Positions 28,526 through 32,000 of a stretch of 32,000 bases of DNA are shown in pieces. Source of the stretch: Flavobacteriaceae bacterium. Lineage in GTDB: Bacteria; Bacteroidota; Bacteroidia; Flavobacteriales; Flavobacteriaceae. Location of the stretch: contig OZ245049.1 in NCBI GenBank assembly GCA_965224465.1, forward strand, positions 1,950,001 through 1,982,000, read 5' to 3'. The notes beneath the pieces were generated by a model. It was given only the letters and a program-made list of their open reading frames with translations. It was not told where the DNA came from and ran no database searches. Both the position numbers and the translations under genes were made by a program. Each line of letters begins with the position of its first letter. Positions within the stretch are counted from its first letter, which is position 1.

Positions 28526-28888
28526 TGCGTTTTTGTATATTTTCCTAAAGCGTATAAAACGATTGTAAAACAATCCTTCTGAATGCTTTTTGGTATTAAT
28601 TATTATGTTTTTTTTGAAATTAAAAGCGGACTCACCACTTTCTTAAAGATATAACGCCCTAGGGGCGACGGCGGTAGCGTCGTAAAGAAATAGATGCAAC
28701 CACAAAAGATACACTAACAGATGTTAGGATATATAAAGCTTGAATGTAAAAAAAATGTTGCAAAATAAAAATGGTACTAATGAAAATAAATAGTTAAACT
28801 TCCCTACTAAAGATTAGCGCAAGGGGCGGCGGCTCTCAAGGCGACAGCGGCGAATGTTTGTAAAACTATATGTATTTATGTTTTTCAT
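28526..28888 (-). promoter_or_regulatory. Long 5' leader of the arg/pro operon with two Arg-codon-rich islands (candidate arginine attenuator)
   Basis: See the leader findings for detail. An ATG mini-ORF sits at 28888-28814 and a second RRYRRRP-stop island at 28703-28659. GC hairpins lie at 28666-28682 and 28655-28667. Everything else in the leader is very AT-rich. Confidence 0.55.
28814..28888 (-). CDS. Candidate leader peptide MKNINTYSFTNIRRCRLESRRPLR (24 aa, six CGC Arg codons)
   Basis: Hand translation, codon by codon, of the reverse complement of 28814-28888. It has an ATG start and a TAA stop, and sits 288 nt upstream of the GNAT/arg operon on the same strand. Confidence 0.5.
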   Translation of the reverse strand: MKNINTYSFTNIRRCRLESRRPLR

Positions 28889-29044
28889 CTGTACAATGAT
28901 ACAACAAATAATTAAACCCGCAAGTAAATGTTTTATTTAATTCTTCCTAAACCACATCATACGCATCAAACTCCAATAAAAAAATCTTCCTATAGACCCC
29001 AACCTCCCTGTTTTATGAATCATAAAAACAAATAATACCAAATA

Positions 29045-29115
29045 CATTTCCAAGTGATGGTTTAGAAATGGAAAATAACCTATTTATATCTGGCATTTTG
29101 GATTGTAGTTGGTAT
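29045..29115. repeat. Intergenic repeat family, copy B (short form with no insert)
   Basis: CATTTCCAAGTGATGGTTTAGAAATGGAAAATAACCTATTTATATCTGGCATTTTGGATTGTAGTTGGTAT joins the 5' and 3' modules of copy A directly. Confidence 0.8.
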
Positions 29116-29335
29116 GACAGAGAATTACACCAAGACCATCGAAATTAACAATAAGAATATCGTTGGACCGCTTGAGTTTTTTTTAAAAAAAAACAACACA
29201 TACCCAGAAACTATTATAGACCTAACGGAAATAACGTCAAGTTTTGGAAGTTTATTGATGATATATGGGGATTGGCTTTTATTTAACAGAACAACTAAAA
29301 GAAACAACCAAGTTTACTTTTTTATATATTTGTAA
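29114..29335 (+). CDS. Hypothetical 73-aa ORF, doubtful
   Basis: Its only support is an open frame with a plausible mixed composition (MTENYTKTIEINNKNIVGPLEFFLKKNNTYPE...). No recognisable motif was found, its ATG lies inside repeat copy B, and a 60-aa ORF is open on the opposite strand. Confidence 0.2.
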   Translation: MTENYTKTIEINNKNIVGPLEFFLKKNNTYPETIIDLTEITSSFGSLLMIYGDWLLFNRTTKRNNQVYFFIYL

Positions 29336-29760
29336 ATGTATTTGTTTACAATAACATTATTTTGTAAACTTAAAGATTTACAAAAAATGAGAAATAAGCC
29401 AAACTCAATGTAAAGGACAGTCTAACGGACATTTTGTCCCTTATAAGCTAAGGGAAAGAAAAGAGTTTTCTTATAAAAAAATAACAGAAAATACGATAGA
29501 AGAAGGATGGAAAATAAAAACGAAATGACAATCGAGTAGACGGCTCTGACTGATATAGCCAGAGTGCGCCTCTCACACCACCGTACATACGAGCTTCGTG
29601 ACGCCTGCCGCTGGGCACATTTCAAAACCAAGAGAATTAAAATTCTCTCAATTTTAAAATGGTAAAAAAAACAGCAGACAGAGTTTAAATTACACAACCG
29701 TCTGTACCCTTTTCGTACAAGTCTAGATTTGGGTTTGGTAGTCTTTAAAATTGGACTTTA

Positions 29761-29872
29761 TTATTCACCTCCTTCTTATTTTTTAGAGGTGTTCATGATA
29801 GCTTCGCAGTTATTCACCTCCTTCTTATTTTTTAGAGGTGTTCATGATAGCTTCGCAGTTATTCACCTCCTT
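29761..29872. repeat. 49-bp direct tandem repeat, about 2.3 copies
   Basis: The unit TTATTCACCTCCTTCTTATTTTTTAGAGGTGTTCATGATAGCTTCGCAG occurs identically at 29761-29809 and 29810-29858. A third copy, TTATTCACCTCCTT, is truncated at 29859-29872. Confidence 0.95.
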
Positions 29873-29877
29873 AATAA

Positions 29878-29980
29878 TTGTTAAAGGCATCCATGAGGTC
29901 GTTCCTCCGTTCTGTTTTTTAACAAGACTAGAACGTAAAACAACCTATTTATATCGGTCATTTTTGATTGTAATGGGTAT
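29878..29980. repeat. Intergenic repeat family, copy C (insert-type interior plus 3' module; 5' module not recognisable)
   Basis: CGTTCTGTTTTTTAACAAGACTAGAACGTAAAACAACCTATTTATATCGGTCATTTTTGATTGTAATGGGTAT aligns with 18915-18987. It has its own long hairpin, TTGTTAAA...GAGG-TCGTT-CCTC...TTTAACAA. It ends 7 nt from the permease stop codon. Confidence 0.75.
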
Positions 29981-29986
29981 AATTAT

Positions 29987-31891
29987 TTACAAGGGCCAAA
30001 AGTACAAGATTAAGGGTGTCCCAAGTACTACAATAAGAATCTCTAAAGGCAATCCCATCCTCCAATAATCCGAAAACTTATATCCACCTGGACCAAGTAT
30101 CAGTGCATTGCATTGATGTCCTATAGGTGTAAGAAAAGCACAGGAAGCACCTACAGCAACTGTCATTAAAAACGGATCAATACTAACGCCCATAACCAAG
30201 GCGATCTCTACGGCTATAGGCGCCATAATAAGGGCAGTTGCCGCATTATTAATAACATCCGAAAGCGTCATTGTAATAACCATAATTAAGCCCAAAACAA
30301 ACCATAAAGGCATCCCTTCCGTAACAGATAGCATAAGCTTAGCAATTAAACCTGTCGTAGCAGTTGTTTGAAGCGCATTACTAACGGGAATCATTGCACC
30401 TAACAAGACAATAATAGGCCAATCTATATGTTTATATAATTCGCGAATAGGCAAAATACCCGTAAAAATATACATTAAAATTGCCCCTACAAAAGCAATG
30501 GTAATAGGAACAATACCTAGCATACTCACAATAATAGCAACAAAAAAGATACTCAAGGCAATACTTACTTTCGAAAACACACCAACCGCTAAATTCCTAT
30601 CTGCTAAAGGAATAAGCTCTAAAGTACTTATAATATCGTCTAAATTATCGGTATTCCCTTGTAAAAGCAATACATCTCCCACACGAAAATCAACATTTCC
30701 TAAACGTTTCCGAATCGGTTGTCCTTGACGAGCAATAGCCATAAGTATTAAGGTATTGGCACTTTGTTTACGTAAAAAAGCTCTGTTTTGACCTTCTAAT
30801 AAAGATTCTGGAGTGATCAACACTTCCCTAAAAAAAGTACTGTATTTATCTTTTAACTGATCAATCCGCTCCCTCATTAATTTAGATAGGCGTAAATTAT
30901 ATTCATCCATCATTAACCTAAGTTCCAAAGGGTCCGCTTTAATTTGAAACCTATCACCTTGCACTATAACATGATCATAATTTGGAGAATGAATGGTTTC
31001 ATCGTTTAATATATGACCAAAAATAGTAAGTCTATCTTTTGTGAAATTTTCTATTTCATCGATACGCAGGCCTATAAATTTAGATTGAGCTGGGATCCTA
31101 ACTTCCGTAATATATTCATCAATTGAGAACAATGCTCCTTTACCTGATTTTTTTAAGGAAGTTTTTGGAATCAACCTCCAACCTATAACAGCTACAAACA
31201 AAACCCCCATAATTGCAATAACACCACCCACTGGACTAAAATCCAACATGGTAAATGCTTCTGGTTGAAATTCTGTAAGATCAATATTCTGAGACCTAAA
31301 ATACCTAGCCTCCAAGGAATTTATATCCTGAAGAGCACGTATTTTTAAATCGAGTAGTTGGGTTTTTCTAAAAGTAGCTATTATAATATTAGGAGGTGTA
31401 CCTATCATAGTGATCATCCCTCCTAAAATACTAGCAAAAGCCAATGGCATCAGTAATACACTAGGAGATCTTTTCCTTTTGACCGAACTTTTAAGAGCAA
31501 CTGGTAACATTAATGCAAGTGCTCCTACATTGTTCATAATAGCAGAAAGTACCATTACAACGCCACTTAAACTAGTGATATGCGTTAGTTTAGTACCCGA
31601 AAAAGGAGCTATCCTCCTAGATATTAGATCTACAACACCTGAATTACGTAAAGCCCTACTAATAATAAGAACTAAAGCTACCGTTATAACGGCTGGATGC
31701 GCAAAACCAATAAACAGATTGGAACCTTCAGGAATTAAATTTGAAGTACCTCCTCCTAGTAATTCGTCCACAACAAACAAGACTCCTAAGGAAATCATTG
31801 AAACAATATCATATCTAAATTTACCCCAAATAAAGAGAATAAATGTCATTGTAATAATCAATAGAATGGCAATTTGATCTGTAGTCATCAT
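29987..31891 (-). CDS. SLC13/DASS-type anion permease with two central TrkA-C (RCK_C) domains
   Basis: 634-aa polytopic ORF. Hydrophobic N- and C-terminal halves flank two soluble repeats of about 70 aa (…EVRIPAQSKFIGLRIDEIE…VIVQGDRFQIKAD… and …LITPESLLEGQNRAFL…FRVGDVLLLQGN…). Confidence 0.85.
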   Translation of the reverse strand: MMTTDQIAILLIITMTFILFIWGKFRYDIVSMISLGVLFVVDELLGGGTSNLIPEGSNLFIGFAHPAVITVALVLIISRALRNSGVVDLISRRIAPFSGTKLTHITSLSGVVMVLSAIMNNVGALALMLPVALKSSVKRKRSPSVLLMPLAFASILGGMITMIGTPPNIIIATFRKTQLLDLKIRALQDINSLEARYFRSQNIDLTEFQPEAFTMLDFSPVGGVIAIMGVLFVAVIGWRLIPKTSLKKSGKGALFSIDEYITEVRIPAQSKFIGLRIDEIENFTKDRLTIFGHILNDETIHSPNYDHVIVQGDRFQIKADPLELRLMMDEYNLRLSKLMRERIDQLKDKYSTFFREVLITPESLLEGQNRAFLRKQSANTLILMAIARQGQPIRKRLGNVDFRVGDVLLLQGNTDNLDDIISTLELIPLADRNLAVGVFSKVSIALSIFFVAIIVSMLGIVPITIAFVGAILMYIFTGILPIRELYKHIDWPIIVLLGAMIPVSNALQTTATTGLIAKLMLSVTEGMPLWFVLGLIMVITMTLSDVINNAATALIMAPIAVEIALVMGVSIDPFLMTVAVGASCAFLTPIGHQCNALILGPGGYKFSDYWRMGLPLEILIVVLGTPLILYFWPL

Positions 31892-32000
31892 TTTTTAAAA
31901 ACACGTATTTTTAATATAAAAAGGATATTCCTTTTTATAAGACTCTTACTTTTTTATTGTAAAAACTCCTTAAACACACCCTAAACAAGTTACTAATTCA

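Noticed and set aside
29013-29025. Perfect palindrome TTATGA-A-TCATAA, about 125 nt upstream of the leader mini-ORF, considered as an ArgR (ARG box) operator because it contains TGAAT
   Set aside because: The symmetry is TTATGA/TCATAA, not the TGAAT-N4-ATTCA of ARG boxes. It is a single 13-bp AT-rich palindrome with no second box, so it is within chance expectation for this base composition.
29545-29620. ZTP (pfl) riboswitch, suggested by TGACTG …ACCACCG… CCGCTGGGCA appearing in the right order
   Set aside because: The matches are partial: the consensus as I recall it is UGACUGGCG, GGUGG…CCACCGGG and CCGCCUGGGC. The GGUGG partner of the P2 helix is missing, and P1 would close around an 11-nt loop with no room for P2. 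There is also no downstream plus-strand gene to regulate. The guanidine-III resemblance (GUGCGCC…GUAC) likewise lacks the ACGGCGC pseudoknot partner.
29422-29697. 91-aa minus-strand ORF
   Set aside because: It crosses the GC island and AT-rich flanks with Cys/Phe/Leu/Arg-rich nonsense composition, and it has no motif. It is most likely an accidental open frame over non-coding DNA.
29765-29777. 16S rRNA 3'-end fragment (TTCACCTCCTTCT)
   Set aside because: Only the roughly 9-nt anti-SD core matches, and the flanks bear no resemblance to rRNA. It is treated as a motif inside the tandem repeat, not as an rRNA gene or pseudogene.
29761-29872. CRISPR array?
   Set aside because: The 49-bp units are directly adjacent with no spacers, there are only about 2.3 copies, and there are no cas genes in the window. 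It is a tandem repeat, not a CRISPR.
29838-30068. 76-aa plus-strand ORF
   Set aside because: It starts at a GTG inside the tandem repeat, runs through repeat copy C, and continues antisense into the 3' end of the permease gene. It is not credible as a gene.
31917-31935. Palindrome AAAAAGGA-TAT-TCCTTTTT, 26 nt upstream of the permease ATG
   Set aside because: It is a short, AT-dominated stem that could be an operator, a 5'-UTR hairpin, or the terminator of an upstream gene outside the window. Nothing in the window discriminates between these, so no call is made.

Overview
This is a low-GC chromosome segment of Bacteroidota/Flavobacteriia type, and almost all of it is housekeeping genes.

**Layout**
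- **1-15049 (minus strand):** a complete division/cell-wall (dcw) cluster, mraZ-rsmH-ftsL-ftsI-murE-mraY-murD-ftsW-murG-murC-ftsQ-ftsA-ftsZ. The ORF track misses ftsZ because it runs off the window start; I translated it by hand. murF and ddl are absent, which I believe is usual for this phylum.
- **15271-17340 (plus strand):** an alpha/beta hydrolase, engB, and an RluA-family pseudouridine synthase.
- **17469-28525 (minus strand):** an 11-gene fused arginine and proline biosynthesis operon, GNAT-argG-argC-proC-argD-proA-proB-argF'-argB-argE-(repeat element)-argH.
- **28526-29986:** about 1.46 kb with no convincing gene.
- **29987-31891 (minus strand):** an SLC13/DASS-type permease with two TrkA-C domains.

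**Best candidate for something undescribed**
The leader of the arg/pro operon carries an ATG-initiated 24-codon mini-ORF, MKNINTYSFTNIRRCRLESRRPLR. All six of its Arg codons are CGC, which is a minor Arg codon in the two neighbouring genes I hand-counted. About 110 nt downstream is a second, related Arg-codon island (RRYRRRP-stop) embedded in small GC hairpins. Together these look like an arginine-sensing leader-peptide attenuator.

**Other features of the gene-poor region**
- A roughly 60% GC island that could be a structured RNA.
- A 49-bp tandem repeat carrying perfect Shine-Dalgarno / anti-Shine-Dalgarno sequences.
- Twin TTGTAAA-N8-TTTACAA palindromes.
- Copies of a roughly 70-bp intergenic repeat family that also sits inside the arg operon.

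No CRISPR array, rRNA, tRNA, transposase or defence genes were seen.
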